Source of the DNA: Isoptericola halotolerans
GTDB taxonomy: Bacteria; Actinomycetota; Actinomycetes; Actinomycetales; Cellulomonadaceae
Length of the DNA: 64,000 nt
Direction: 5' to 3'
Assembly (NCBI RefSeq): GCF_013149785.1
Contig: NZ_JABEZU010000005.1
Coordinates: forward strand, 124,001-188,000
Shown: in pieces, positions 1 through 10,104 of the stretch
Layout of the letters: each line of letters begins with the position of its first letter
Numbering within the stretch: the stretch's first letter is position 1
Translations under genes and position numbers: made by a program
The notes under the pieces: model-generated
What the model saw: only the letters and a program-made list of their open reading frames with translations
What the model was told of the DNA's origin: nothing
Databases searched by the model: none

Positions 1-404
1 TCCGAGCGTGCCTGCTCGCGCCCCAGGTCGCCGTCCCACGTGCGGCGGCGCTGCGCGTCCATGGTCCGGTCCAGCCGGCGCACGGACGCGAGGAGGAGGG
101 CGAGCGTGTGCTCGGCGACCGTGGCGTCGTGCAGCCCTCTGCCCGAGGTGATCACCACCTCGGGTGCGAAGCCTGTGGCGAGCGCCTGGTCCGGTCCGGC
201 GTTGAGGGTCTGGACCCAGCGCAGCCGGGACAGCCGGCGGGCCGCGTCGTCCATCACCCGCTGCGGGCTCGCCCACGTGACCAGCGCGTCGGCGTCGAGG
301 TGCTCCTCCGGCACGTTCTCGCGCATCACGTAGGGGGCGACGTCGACCCCCTCGACGTCGATCGTCAGGTCGAACGGGACGTTGCTCGGCACGAGGATCT
401 TCAT
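1..404 (-). CDS. D-isomer-specific 2-hydroxyacid dehydrogenase family protein (N-terminal part; runs off window)
   Basis: Manual translation from ATG at 404: MKILVPSNVPF...LRWVQTLNAGPD...VITSGRGLHDATVAEHTLALLLASVRRL, typical substrate-binding domain of this family; not in ORF track. Confidence 0.85.
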   Translation of the reverse strand, partial: MKILVPSNVPFDLTIDVEGVDVAPYVMRENVPEEHLDADALVTWASPQRVMDDAARRLSRLRWVQTLNAGPDQALATGFAPEVVITSGRGLHDATVAEHTLALLLASVRRLDRTMDAQRRRTWDGDLGREQARS

Positions 405-445
405 GTCTCGGACGCTACCCGAGTCCTCGTGCCACGATGTGCCGC

Positions 446-2071
446 ATGAACGCCTCGCACGCCCCGGTCCGGATCGCTGCCCGCTACGACGCCGTGGTCG
501 TCGGTGGTGGGCACAACGGCCTGACCGCCGCCGCCTACCTCGCGCGGGCCGGCCGGTCCGTCCTGGTGCTCGAACGGCTCGACCACGTCGGCGGGGCCGC
601 GGTCTCGGCCCCGGTCTTCGACGGCGTCGACGCGCGGCTCTCGCGGTACTCCTACCTGGTCTCCCTCATGCCGCGGCAGGTGGTCGACGAGCTCGGCCTG
701 CGCCTGACGCTGCGGCGCCGGCGCTTCTCCTCCTACACCCCGGTCGGCGACGGCGGGCTGCTGGTCGACAACGGCTCCGACGACGCCACGCGCGCCTCGT
801 TCGAGACCCTGGGTGCGGGCCGCGACCACGAGGCCTGGCAGGCGTTCTCCGCCCGGGTGGGCCGGCTGGCGCAGCGGCTGTTCCCCACCGTCACCGCCCC
901 GCTCGTCTCGCGTGAGGAGGCCCGGGCGCTCGTCGACGACGACGAGACCTGGCGCGCCGTCGTCGAGCAGCCGTTGGGCGAGACGCTGCGGGCGACGTTC
1001 GCCTCCGACGTCGTGCGGGGTGTGGCCGCCACGGACGGCCTCATCGGGACCTTCGCGGACCTGGACGACACCGCCCTGCTCCAGAACCGCTGCTACCTCT
1101 ATCACGTGATCGGCGGCGGCACAGGGGACTGGGACGTCCCCGTCGGCGGCATGGGCGCGGTCTCCGGCGCCCTGCACGACGCCGCTCGCGCCGCCGGGGC
1201 GACCGTCGTCACCGGGGCGCAGGTCACCGCCGTCGACCCGGGGACGGCGCGCTCCGACGCCGAGGTGTCCTGGACGGACGCCGACGGCGGCACCCACGCC
1301 GTGCGCGCCGGAGCGGTGGTCAGCGGGGCGGCTCCGTCGACCCTAGACACGCTGCTCGCCGCCGCCGGGGGCTCGCCGTCCGGGCGTGAGACCGCACAGG
1401 CCCCCGAGGGCGCCCAGCTCAAGGTCAACATGCTGCTGCGCCGCCTGCCCCGGCTGCGGGAGGGCATCGACCCCGTGGCGGCCTTCTCCGGGACGTTCCA
1501 CGTCAACGAGTCGTACTCCCAGCTCCAGGCCGCGCACGCCCAGGCGGCCGCCGGCCAGGTCCCCGACCTGCCGCCGTGCGAGATCTACTGCCACTCGCTC
1601 ACCGACGACTCGATCCTGGGCCCGGACCTGCGCGCGGCCGGGGCCCAGACACTCACGCTGTTCGGGCTGCACATGCCGGCGCGGCTCTTCCGCGACGACC
1701 CGGACGGGGCACGGGAGAGGGCGCTCGCGGCCACGCTGCGCTCGCTGGACTCGGTGCTGGCCGAGCCGATCCAGGACATCCTGTGGCGCGGGCCGGACGG
1801 GGCACCCTGCCTGGAGGCGCGCAGCCCCGTGGACCTGGAGGGCAGCGTGGGCCTGCCGGGTGGGCACATCTTCCACCGTGACCTGTCCTGGCCGTGGGCC
1901 GAGCCCGGGACGGCGGAGGCCGGGCCTGCGACCGGTCTGGACGCCCCGGGCACGTGGGGCGTCGAGACCCTCCACCCGCGGGTGCTGGTCGCCGGGGCGG
2001 GAGCGCGCCGGGGCGGTGGTGTCAGCGGGATCCCGGGGCGCTCCGCGGCGATGGCGCTGCTGGCCGGCTGA
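446..2071 (+). CDS. Phytoene dehydrogenase-like FAD-dependent oxidoreductase
   Basis: YDAVVVGGGHNGLTAAAYLA Rossmann motif, GGHIFH and GGGVSGIPG C-terminal motifs; start placed at ATG 446, 7 nt after CACGAT. Confidence 0.85.
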   Translation: MNASHAPVRIAARYDAVVVGGGHNGLTAAAYLARAGRSVLVLERLDHVGGAAVSAPVFDGVDARLSRYSYLVSLMPRQVVDELGLRLTLRRRRFSSYTPVGDGGLLVDNGSDDATRASFETLGAGRDHEAWQAFSARVGRLAQRLFPTVTAPLVSREEARALVDDDETWRAVVEQPLGETLRATFASDVVRGVAATDGLIGTFADLDDTALLQNRCYLYHVIGGGTGDWDVPVGGMGAVSGALHDAARAAGATVVTGAQVTAVDPGTARSDAEVSWTDADGGTHAVRAGAVVSGAAPSTLDTLLAAAGGSPSGRETAQAPEGAQLKVNMLLRRLPRLREGIDPVAAFSGTFHVNESYSQLQAAHAQAAAGQVPDLPPCEIYCHSLTDDSILGPDLRAAGAQTLTLFGLHMPARLFRDDPDGARERALAATLRSLDSVLAEPIQDILWRGPDGAPCLEARSPVDLEGSVGLPGGHIFHRDLSWPWAEPGTAEAGPATGLDAPGTWGVETLHPRVLVAGAGARRGGGVSGIPGRSAAMALLAG

Positions 2072-2080
2072 CAGCGCAGG

Positions 2081-2887
2081 TCAGCGGATCTCGACCTGCA
2101 GCAGCCGTCGCACGGCGAGCGTCGTCGGCACCACGATCCAGAGCAAGGCCGAGGTGGCGACCTGTGCCCACTGCTCACCCGTGATCTCGGGGGCCGTGAC
2201 GAAGCTCGCCGACCAGCTCAGGTCCCACCAGGCGCCGTTCTCGGCCCACCAGGTCCACAGCCCGGCCACGACGCTGGAGATCATCGGCACGACGAACATG
2301 AAACCGAGGTAGGCGACCATCGCCGGCGCCGTGCTGCGGATCGCGACACCGACGCCGAACCCGAACGCGACGACGAGCACGTTCGCGACGGCCAGCCGAA
2401 GCCCGAGGTCGAGGGGAAGGTCCCAGACGGCCTCGATCCCGCGCACCTGCGCGGCCGCCACGGTACCGATCGCGCTGAGGACGACGACGGTGAGCGTCGC
2501 CGCGAGGGTCACGACCAGGAGTGCCGCGGCCTTGGCCGCCACGACGCGGCCACGCCGGGGGACCAGGGCGAACGTCGTCAGCGCGGAGCGCTGGCTCCAC
2601 TCGCTCGCCACCGACAGGACCGCGACCAGGGGCAGCAGCAGCTCCAGCGGCATCATGTTGGTCGTGGTGTGCATGCCGAAGGTGACCTCGGCGTCGCGAC
2701 CCCAGAGAGTGACGCCGGTGACGACGACGAGCGTCAGGAGGGGCACGGACGCGAGCAGCCAGCGGCTGGCCCGGGTGTCGACGAGCTTGCGCACCTCGAC
2801 GTCGACCAGGCGTGCCAGGGGGATCGGGGGGCGTCCGGTCGCCAGGCGTGGGGCGACCGCGCGGGTGTCCAGGGCGGGAGTGCTCAT
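2081..2887 (-). CDS. ABC transporter permease (ABC-2 type)
   Basis: About 6 hydrophobic segments, EWSQRSALTTFALVPRR motif; 4-nt overlap with upstream ATPase. Confidence 0.85.
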   Translation of the reverse strand: MSTPALDTRAVAPRLATGRPPIPLARLVDVEVRKLVDTRASRWLLASVPLLTLVVVTGVTLWGRDAEVTFGMHTTTNMMPLELLLPLVAVLSVASEWSQRSALTTFALVPRRGRVVAAKAAALLVVTLAATLTVVVLSAIGTVAAAQVRGIEAVWDLPLDLGLRLAVANVLVVAFGFGVGVAIRSTAPAMVAYLGFMFVVPMISSVVAGLWTWWAENGAWWDLSWSASFVTAPEITGEQWAQVATSALLWIVVPTTLAVRRLLQVEIR

Positions 2888-3816
2888 GCTGATGCTCCGT
2901 CCGTGAGGCCGGCGTGCCGCGCGGGGGAGTCCTCGCGCTGGTCCGCGGCGGTGAGCTCGAGGAACATGTCCTCCAGGCCATGACCGTCTGCGGACCGCAG
3001 CTCGGTGACCGGCAGACCGGCGCGGAACGCGACCAGCCCGGCGTCCGCGGGGTCGGCGTCGGTCGCCACCGCCCCGTCCGGGCGCACTGTCGCCTGGAAC
3101 CCGGCGGTGGTGAGCGCCGCGGCGAGTCGTGCGCCGTCGTCGGACCTGACGAGGGTCCCGACGCCGGCGAGCAGCTCGGCCGTGGCACCGGACGCGACGA
3201 TCCGGCCACGACCGATCATGACGATGTCGTCCGCGACCATCTCGATCTCGGACAGCAGGTGGCTGGACAGCAGCACCGTGCCGCCGTCGTCCGCGAAACC
3301 GCGCAGCAGGTCACGCATCCAGCGGATGCCCGCGGGGTCCAGGCCGTTCGCCGGCTCGTCCAGGACGAGCACCCTCGGGTCGCCCATCAGGGCGGTCGCG
3401 ATGCCGAGCCGCTGCCGCATGCCGAGCGAGTAGTCGCGCACCCGGCGCTTGCCCTCGGCCCAGGTGAGCCCCACGAGGTCGAGCATCTCGTCGACGCGGA
3501 TCGCGGGCAGGCCCATCGTGCGCTGGGCGAGGGCGAGGGTCTCGCGGCCGGTGCGGCCACCGTGCTGCGCCGAGGCGTCGAGCAGCACCCCGACGTCGAG
3601 CCCGGGGTTGGGCAGGTCCGTGTAGCGGTGGCCCAGCACCGTGGCCCGCCCGGCGGTGGGCCTGGCCAGGCCGGTGAGGACCCTCAGGGTGGTGGACTTG
3701 CCGGCGCCGTTCGGACCGAGGAACCCGGTCACGCGGCCGGGGAACGCGGTGAAGGAGACGTCGTCGACGGCGGCGAGGTCGCCGTACCGCTGGGTGAGCG
3801 AGTCGATCCTGATCAT
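2884..3816 (-). CDS. ABC transporter ATP-binding protein
   Basis: Walker A GPNGAGKST, signature YSLGMRQR, Walker B VLVLDEP; start MIRIDSL at 3816. Confidence 0.92.
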   Translation of the reverse strand: MIRIDSLTQRYGDLAAVDDVSFTAFPGRVTGFLGPNGAGKSTTLRVLTGLARPTAGRATVLGHRYTDLPNPGLDVGVLLDASAQHGGRTGRETLALAQRTMGLPAIRVDEMLDLVGLTWAEGKRRVRDYSLGMRQRLGIATALMGDPRVLVLDEPANGLDPAGIRWMRDLLRGFADDGGTVLLSSHLLSEIEMVADDIVMIGRGRIVASGATAELLAGVGTLVRSDDGARLAAALTTAGFQATVRPDGAVATDADPADAGLVAFRAGLPVTELRSADGHGLEDMFLELTAADQREDSPARHAGLTDGASA

Positions 3817-3826
3817 GCTGGTGACG

Positions 3827-5647
3827 CTACGGACGCGGCGCGGCCCCGACATCAGGGAGACCCCTGGTCGGCACCCTGGGGTCCACCTGGAGGGACCCTG
3901 AGCCCCCAGGGGGAGCGGCCTCCTGCGCGGCGGCCCAGCGGTACCCCGGCACGTCGCGCAGCAGCTCGTCGTGAGTGCCCCGCGCGACCACCCGTGCCGC
4001 CGCGCCGACCCCGCTGTCGTGCCCGAGCAGGAGCACCTCGTCGGCGACGGCGAGCGGTGAGAGCCGGTGGGAGGCGACGACCACCGCTCGTCCGGTGGAC
4101 CGGGCGAGGGACGCCAGCGTCTCGACGAGGGCGTCCGCCGTGGCGGCGTCGAGGTGCTCGGCCGGCTCGTCGACCAGGAGCACGCGGTGCCGGGCGAGCA
4201 GCGCCCGGGCGACGAGGAGGCGTCGGCGCTCACCCCCGGAGACGGTCGTGCCGCCGGTGCCGAGCGGGGTGTCGAGGTCGTCGGGCAGGGCGGTCAGCCA
4301 TCCCGTCAGTCCCACCGCGTCCAGGACCGCGCGGGCCTCGTCCGCCGTGAGGTCCGCGCGGGCCACCCGGAGGTTCTCGAGGACCGTGGTCCCGAACACG
4401 TGGCCGTCCTCGGCGACGAAGAGGCCACGGCCCGTCACCCGCCCGGCAGCCGGTCCGAGCATCCCCGCCGCGGTGAGCATCAGCGTGGACTTGCCGACGC
4501 CGGAGGGGCCGACCAGCGCCGCCACCGACCCGGGGCGCAGCACGAGGTCGGCGCCGCGGACGACGACGTCCCCGCCGGGCCAGGCGGCGTCGACGTCCGA
4601 CAGCTCCAGCAGCGTGCTGGCGCCGTTCCCTGTGCCGTCCGCTGCGCCGTTCGACCGGCCGTCCTCGTGCCTCTCGGCGGGCTCCTCGACATCGAGGTCC
4701 GACGGCAGCAGCTCGAGCAGCCGTCGCGCCGCGGCGCGTGAGCGGCGCAGCTGTACCGCCGCGGCGGGCAGTGCGCTCGTCACCTCGAACACCGCGAGGG
4801 GGGTCAGGACGACGACCGCGAGCTCGGTGGCGGCGAGGTCGCCGGCCAACGCGGCGGGAACGCCGACCAGCAGGCACCCGAGCACGGCGAGAGTCTGGGC
4901 ACCCGCCTCGATCGCGGCCGACGTGCCCGCGACCCGTGCGCCGTCGTCGGTCGTGGCGGCGAGCCGCGTCTCGGCCTCCCGGAGCGCGGCCCGACGCTGG
5001 TCCAGCGCACCCGCCACCCGGAGCTGCTGGCCGTTCTCGAGCAGGTCCAGCGTGCGGGCGGCGACGTCCCCGCGGGCGGCGGCACCGCGCAGCTCGACCG
5101 ACCGGGAGGCCCGCGACGCCAACCACGGTGCGAGCACGCCGGTCAGCAGCAGGCAGGCCAGCAGCACGGCACCAGCGGCCGGGAGGAACGCACCCACCAG
5201 CACCATCGCACCGGTCCCGGCCACCACCGCGACGGCACCGGGGATCAGCGCACGCACGACGACGTCGCCCACGTCGTCGACGTCGCCGCCCACGCGGGCG
5301 AGGAGGTCACCCCGGTGCAGCGCCACGACGTCGGCCCCACCACGAGCGAGCCGGTCGTACAGGTTGGCCCGCAGCGCCGCCATCCCGCGCAGCGCGACGT
5401 CGTGCGAGGCGAGCCGCTCGAGGTAGCGGAAGAAGGCCCGCCCGGTGCCGAACGCGCGCACGCCGACCGCCGCCAGGGAGAGGACCAGGACGGGGGGCAT
5501 CTGCGAGGCACGGGCGACGAGCCACGCCGCGGCGGCCGCCAGGCCGATCGCGCACACCAGCGTCAGGGTGCCGAGGGAGACGGCACGAGCCACGCGTCCC
5601 CAGCGGACCTCGAGCATCGGCAGGACGCGCACCAGGGGGTCGGTCAC
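3827..5647 (-). CDS. cydC: Thiol reductant ABC exporter CydC
   Basis: VRAFGTGRAFFRYLERLASHD motif, TMD plus NBD (GPSGVGKST, VSGGERRR); in cyd operon. Confidence 0.92.
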   Translation of the reverse strand: MTDPLVRVLPMLEVRWGRVARAVSLGTLTLVCAIGLAAAAAWLVARASQMPPVLVLSLAAVGVRAFGTGRAFFRYLERLASHDVALRGMAALRANLYDRLARGGADVVALHRGDLLARVGGDVDDVGDVVVRALIPGAVAVVAGTGAMVLVGAFLPAAGAVLLACLLLTGVLAPWLASRASRSVELRGAAARGDVAARTLDLLENGQQLRVAGALDQRRAALREAETRLAATTDDGARVAGTSAAIEAGAQTLAVLGCLLVGVPAALAGDLAATELAVVVLTPLAVFEVTSALPAAAVQLRRSRAAARRLLELLPSDLDVEEPAERHEDGRSNGAADGTGNGASTLLELSDVDAAWPGGDVVVRGADLVLRPGSVAALVGPSGVGKSTLMLTAAGMLGPAAGRVTGRGLFVAEDGHVFGTTVLENLRVARADLTADEARAVLDAVGLTGWLTALPDDLDTPLGTGGTTVSGGERRRLLVARALLARHRVLLVDEPAEHLDAATADALVETLASLARSTGRAVVVASHRLSPLAVADEVLLLGHDSGVGAAARVVARGTHDELLRDVPGYRWAAAQEAAPPGGSGSLQVDPRVPTRGLPDVGAAPRP

Positions 5648-7371
5648 GACGGCACCACCTCTCGGGCCTCGACCTCGACGACCTGGTCGGCCACCTCCAG
5701 CAGGGAGGAGCGGTGCGCGACGACGACGACGGTCCGCCCGGCGTCACGCCACTGCCGCACGGTGTCCAGGACGACCTGCTCGCCGCGGGCGTCCAGGTGG
5801 GCGGTCGGCTCGTCGAGGACGACGACCGGCCGGTCCGCGGCACCCACGAGTGCCCGGGCCAGGGCCACGCGCTGACGCTGCCCGACGCTGAGCCCGGCGC
5901 CGTCGAGACCGACGGGTGTCCGCCAGCCGTCCGGCAGGTCGGCGAGGACCGTGTCCAGGCCGGTCGTCCGGGCGGCGGCCTCCAGCGCGGCCTGCGACAC
6001 CTCGCGACCGTCGGTGACGACGTCGCGCACGGTGCCCGGGCCGATCGCGGGGCGCTGGGGGACCCAGACCACCTGGTCCCACCACCGGGCCGAGACCTCG
6101 GGCAGCGCGGCCGGCTCGGCGCCGGTCCGTTCCAGAGTGAGGGTGCCGGAGTCGGGGCGCAGCAGGCCGAGCATCAGCAGCACGAGGGTCGACTTGCCGG
6201 ATCCGCTCGGGCCCCGCAGCGCCACCACGCGTCCGCCTCCCGGCGTGCCCGTGCCGAGCGTGATCCGCGCCGACAGGCGTGACGGTGCCTCGACGTCGCG
6301 GCCGGGAGCGCGGACCGTGACGTCGTCGAGCACGAGGGTCGTCCCGGCCGTGGGGGCGACGGGGGAGTCGGCGACGTCGTCCCGGACGGTCGGGACCGGC
6401 AGGTCGAGCACCTCGAACGCCCGTCGCGTGGCAGCGAGGCCGTCGGTGGAGGCGTGGAACTCCGAGCCCACGCGGCGCAGCGGCAGGAAGATCTCGGGGG
6501 CGAGCACGAGCACGACGAGCGCCGGGACGAGCTCGATGCCGCCGTGCACGAGCCGCAGGCCGACGCCGACGGCGATGATCGCGACGCACAGCGTGGTGAG
6601 CAGCTCCAGCACGGCGCCGGAGAGGAACGCGATGCGCAGCGTGCCCATGGTGGCGCGCCGTGACGCCTCCCCGAGCGACCGCACCCGCGCACCGGGGCCG
6701 ACCGCGCGACCGTAGGCCCGCAGGGTGGGCAGCCCGGCGATCAGGTCGAGCACCTGGGACCCGAGCCGCTCGACGGTCGCCAGACGGCGCTCGGACGTGC
6801 CGGCCGTCATGGTGCCGATCAGCCACATGAAGAACGGCACGAGCGGCAACGTCGCCGCGGCGATCACCGCCGACACCCAGTCGAGCCCCAGGACCACCAG
6901 CACGGTGGCCGGGGTCACGAGCGCGGTGAGCAGCAGCTGCGGCAGGAACCGCACGAGGTAGGGCTCGAGGTCGGTGAGCCCTCGGGTGGCCAGGGTGGCG
7001 ACGTCCGCGGGCGCCGCGCCCGACGGCGGTCGAGGGCCGAGCTCCACGGCGTGACCGACGACCTGCTCGCGCAGGTCGGCGACCACGGCCGTCGCCGCGC
7101 GACGACCGAACCGCTCCTGGGCCCAGGCCACCAGCGAGCGCCCGACGGCGGCGCCAGCGAGGACGCACAGCCACCCGGTGAGCGCGGCGCGGTCGAGCGT
7201 TCCGTCGGCGCCGGGACTCGTGGCGACGACGACGGGGGCGAGGGCGTGCGCGATCGCGAAGGCCTGCACCACGACCAGCGCGGCCTGCGCGGTGCCCAGC
7301 GCGGTGGTCAGCAGGACATAGCTGCGGGCGGCACGGACCTGGCGCAGCAACCGCGGGTCGAGGGGTCTCAC
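5644..7371 (-). CDS. cydD: Thiol reductant ABC exporter CydD
   Basis: MRPLDPRL start, TLRIAFLSGAVLE and LAPEIFLPLR motifs, NBD with LSVGQRQR. Confidence 0.93.
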   Translation of the reverse strand: MRPLDPRLLRQVRAARSYVLLTTALGTAQAALVVVQAFAIAHALAPVVVATSPGADGTLDRAALTGWLCVLAGAAVGRSLVAWAQERFGRRAATAVVADLREQVVGHAVELGPRPPSGAAPADVATLATRGLTDLEPYLVRFLPQLLLTALVTPATVLVVLGLDWVSAVIAAATLPLVPFFMWLIGTMTAGTSERRLATVERLGSQVLDLIAGLPTLRAYGRAVGPGARVRSLGEASRRATMGTLRIAFLSGAVLELLTTLCVAIIAVGVGLRLVHGGIELVPALVVLVLAPEIFLPLRRVGSEFHASTDGLAATRRAFEVLDLPVPTVRDDVADSPVAPTAGTTLVLDDVTVRAPGRDVEAPSRLSARITLGTGTPGGGRVVALRGPSGSGKSTLVLLMLGLLRPDSGTLTLERTGAEPAALPEVSARWWDQVVWVPQRPAIGPGTVRDVVTDGREVSQAALEAAARTTGLDTVLADLPDGWRTPVGLDGAGLSVGQRQRVALARALVGAADRPVVVLDEPTAHLDARGEQVVLDTVRQWRDAGRTVVVVAHRSSLLEVADQVVEVEAREVVPS

Positions 7372-7372
7372 C

Positions 7373-8422
7373 TCAGAACGCCGCGTCCTTGATCTTCTGC
7401 CAGGACAGCCCGGCGGGAGCCGGGATGTCCCGGGTGCTCAGCCGGCGCCGGAACACCCAGTAGGTCCAGGCCTGGTAGGCGATGACGACCGGCGTGAGGA
7501 ACACGGCCACCCAGCTCATGACCGTGAGCGTGTAGTCGGTGGAGGATGCGTCGGCGACGCTGAGGGCCACGCCGCCGTCCACGGCCGGGATCACGTCGGG
7601 GTACATGGAGCCGAAGATGAGCACCACGGCCGCGACGATCGTGACCGCGGACAGGGTGAAGGCCGTGCCCTCGCGGCGGGCGCGGGTGGCGACGACGACG
7701 CCGGCGAGGCAACCGGCTGCCACGACCACTGCCCCCCAGGTCCACGGGACCGAGTAGGCGACCTGGGCCCAGACCGCCCAGCCGCCGGTGACGACGAGAG
7801 TGACGACCGACAGCCCGGACGCGAGCCTCGAGGCGCGACGGCGGATGTCACCGTCGGTCTTGAGCGCGACGAAGACCGCGCCGTGCAGCAGGAACAGGGT
7901 CGCCGTCGTCAGGCCGCCGAGCAGCGCGAAGGGGTTGAGCAGGGCCCAGAACCCGCCGACGTACTGGTGGTCGGCGTCGAGCAGCAGCCCGCGCACCAGG
8001 TTGCCGAAGGCCACGCCCCACATCACGGCGGGGATCCACGAGCCCGCCTGGATCGCGAGGTCGCAGCGGCGTGCCCAGGCGGCGTCGGCGATCTTGCCGC
8101 GGTACTCGAAGGCGACGCCTCGGGCCACGAGCCCGACCAGGATGATGAGCAGGGGCAGGTAGAAGCCCGAGAACATCGTCGCGTACCACTCGGGGAACGC
8201 GGCGAACGTCGCGCCGCCGGCGGTGAGCAGCCACACCTCGTTGCCGTCCCACACGGGACCGATGGTGTTGACCAGCACGCGCCGCTCCTTCTCCCGGTGC
8301 TCCTTGTCGCCGCGGGGCAGGATCGACATCAGCATGCCGACGCCGAAGTCGAACCCTTCGAGCACGAGGTAGCCGGTCCACAGCACGGCGATGATGACGA
8401 ACCAGAGGATCGCGAGGTCCAC
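7373..8422 (-). CDS. cydB: Cytochrome bd ubiquinol oxidase subunit II
   Basis: LEGFDFGVG and GPVWDGNEVWL motifs. Confidence 0.96.
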   Translation of the reverse strand: MDLAILWFVIIAVLWTGYLVLEGFDFGVGMLMSILPRGDKEHREKERRVLVNTIGPVWDGNEVWLLTAGGATFAAFPEWYATMFSGFYLPLLIILVGLVARGVAFEYRGKIADAAWARRCDLAIQAGSWIPAVMWGVAFGNLVRGLLLDADHQYVGGFWALLNPFALLGGLTTATLFLLHGAVFVALKTDGDIRRRASRLASGLSVVTLVVTGGWAVWAQVAYSVPWTWGAVVVAAGCLAGVVVATRARREGTAFTLSAVTIVAAVVLIFGSMYPDVIPAVDGGVALSVADASSTDYTLTVMSWVAVFLTPVVIAYQAWTYWVFRRRLSTRDIPAPAGLSWQKIKDAAF

Positions 8423-8452
8423 GTCAGGTCTCCTGTCTTCTCAGGTTCGGTG

Positions 8453-9952
8453 TCAGTACGCGAAGGACAGCGGGCGGTCGGAGTCGTCGGGCTCCTGGGC
8501 CTCGGGCGACTCGTCCCGGACGGTCTGCGGCGCCCCCTCCACGGCGTACCGGTGCATGAGCCGGTACCAGACCACGGCGAGGACCGCGTAGATGACGGTG
8601 AGGACGATCATCGAGGTGAGGATGACGCCGGCCGGCACGGCGGTGGAGACGCCGCGCTCGGTGAGCAGCCGGATCTGGTCGATGCCGGTCGGGTTCGGCG
8701 CCACGACCCACGGCTGACGGCCCACCTCCGTGAAGATCCAGCCGAAGGAGCAGGCGATGAAGGGCGCGGGGATGGCGACGAGGCCGAGGCGTGACAGCCA
8801 GATGTTGTCGCTGACGCGCCCCTTGCGGGTGAACCACAGGGCAGCGAGCGCGAGCGCCACCGAGAACGCCGCGAAGCCGATCATCAGGCGGAACGACCAG
8901 TAGGTGATCGCCAGCGGCGGGGTGTAGGTGACGGCCTCGCCGTCGGCGGTGACGTCGCCGTAGCGCTCGGTGTACTCCTCCTGGACGTCGTAGACGCCCG
9001 GCAGGTACGACTCCTCGCCGGAGAAGTGCCCGGTGCCGAGGTAGCTGGTGACACCCGGCAACGAGATGAGGTGCCGGACGTCCTCGCAGCCGGCGTGCAG
9101 GGGGCCGATGGCGAGGATGGAGAACTCCGCCGACTCGGTGCCCTCGCACAGGGCCTCGGCGGAGGACATCTTGCCCGGCTGCTGCTCGTACATGAGCTTG
9201 CCCTGGACGTCGCCCGACCAGATGACACCGATGCCGGCCACGATCATCACCCACACCCCGACACGGACGGCGGGCCGGTAGACGGTGCGCGCCGTCTCGA
9301 CGTGCTCTGGCTTCCGGCTGCGCACGAGCCGCACCATCCACCAGGTGGCGATCCCGGTGACGAAGGTGCCGGCGGTCAGGAACGCGGCGGAGATGGCGTG
9401 CGGGAACGCGGCGAGCAGGGTGTTGTTCGTCAGGACGGCCCAGATCGACTCCATCTCGGCCCGGCCGGTCTCGGGGTTGTAGACCGCGCCCACGGGGTGC
9501 TGCATCCAGGAGTTGGCGGCGAGGATGAAGAACGCCGAGAGGTTGGTGGCGAGGGCGAACAGCCAGATGGACGCCAGGTGGATCTTCTTGGACACGCGGT
9601 CCCAGCCGAAGATCCAGACGCCGAGGAAGACCGATTCGACGAAGAACGCGGCCAGCGCCTCCATGGCGAGCGGTGCGCCGAAGACGTCGCCGACGAACCG
9701 GGAGTACTCGCTCCAGGCCATGCCGAACTGGAACTCCTGCCAGATGCCGGTGACGACACCGAGCGCGAAGTTGATGAGCAGCAGCTTGCCGAAGAACTTG
9801 GTCAGGCGCAGCCACCGCTCCTTCTGCGTGATGACCCAGGCGGTCTGCATGCCGGCCACGATCGGTGCGAGCCCGATCGTCAGCGGGACGAAGATGAAGT
9901 GGTACACGGTGGTGATGGCGAACTGCCATCGGGCCAGGGCCAGAGCATCCAC
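8453..9952 (-). CDS. cydA: Cytochrome bd ubiquinol oxidase subunit I
   Basis: LARWQFAITTVYHFIFVPLT, QEFQFG, ANSWMQHP, EVGRQPW motifs; GTG at 9952 after GAAGGAG RBS. Confidence 0.96.
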   Translation of the reverse strand: MDALALARWQFAITTVYHFIFVPLTIGLAPIVAGMQTAWVITQKERWLRLTKFFGKLLLINFALGVVTGIWQEFQFGMAWSEYSRFVGDVFGAPLAMEALAAFFVESVFLGVWIFGWDRVSKKIHLASIWLFALATNLSAFFILAANSWMQHPVGAVYNPETGRAEMESIWAVLTNNTLLAAFPHAISAAFLTAGTFVTGIATWWMVRLVRSRKPEHVETARTVYRPAVRVGVWVMIVAGIGVIWSGDVQGKLMYEQQPGKMSSAEALCEGTESAEFSILAIGPLHAGCEDVRHLISLPGVTSYLGTGHFSGEESYLPGVYDVQEEYTERYGDVTADGEAVTYTPPLAITYWSFRLMIGFAAFSVALALAALWFTRKGRVSDNIWLSRLGLVAIPAPFIACSFGWIFTEVGRQPWVVAPNPTGIDQIRLLTERGVSTAVPAGVILTSMIVLTVIYAVLAVVWYRLMHRYAVEGAPQTVRDESPEAQEPDDSDRPLSFAY

Positions 9953-10062
9953 GGTGTGGACTCCTTCGGTGCGAGCCGGTGCAGGTGACCGCCCGGCAGC
10001 CGAACCACCGTCCTGAAGGTGTTGCTGCCGGGACGAGTGCGCAGGGCGAGAGCGGATCACGC

Positions 10063-10104
10063 TTGTGAAGACCTTCACGAACGTTCTCGTGAAGATCTTC
10101 ACAA
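10063..10104. promoter_or_regulatory. Tandem Rex operators upstream of cydA
   Basis: TTGTGAAgaccTTCACGA (10063-10080) and TCGTGAAgatcTTCACAA (10087-10104) versus Rex consensus TTGTGAA-N4-TTCACAA. Confidence 0.85.

Noticed and set aside
446..2071. Carotenoid biosynthesis gene crtI
   Set aside because: Only a family-level resemblance; no crtB, crtE or other carotenoid genes nearby.
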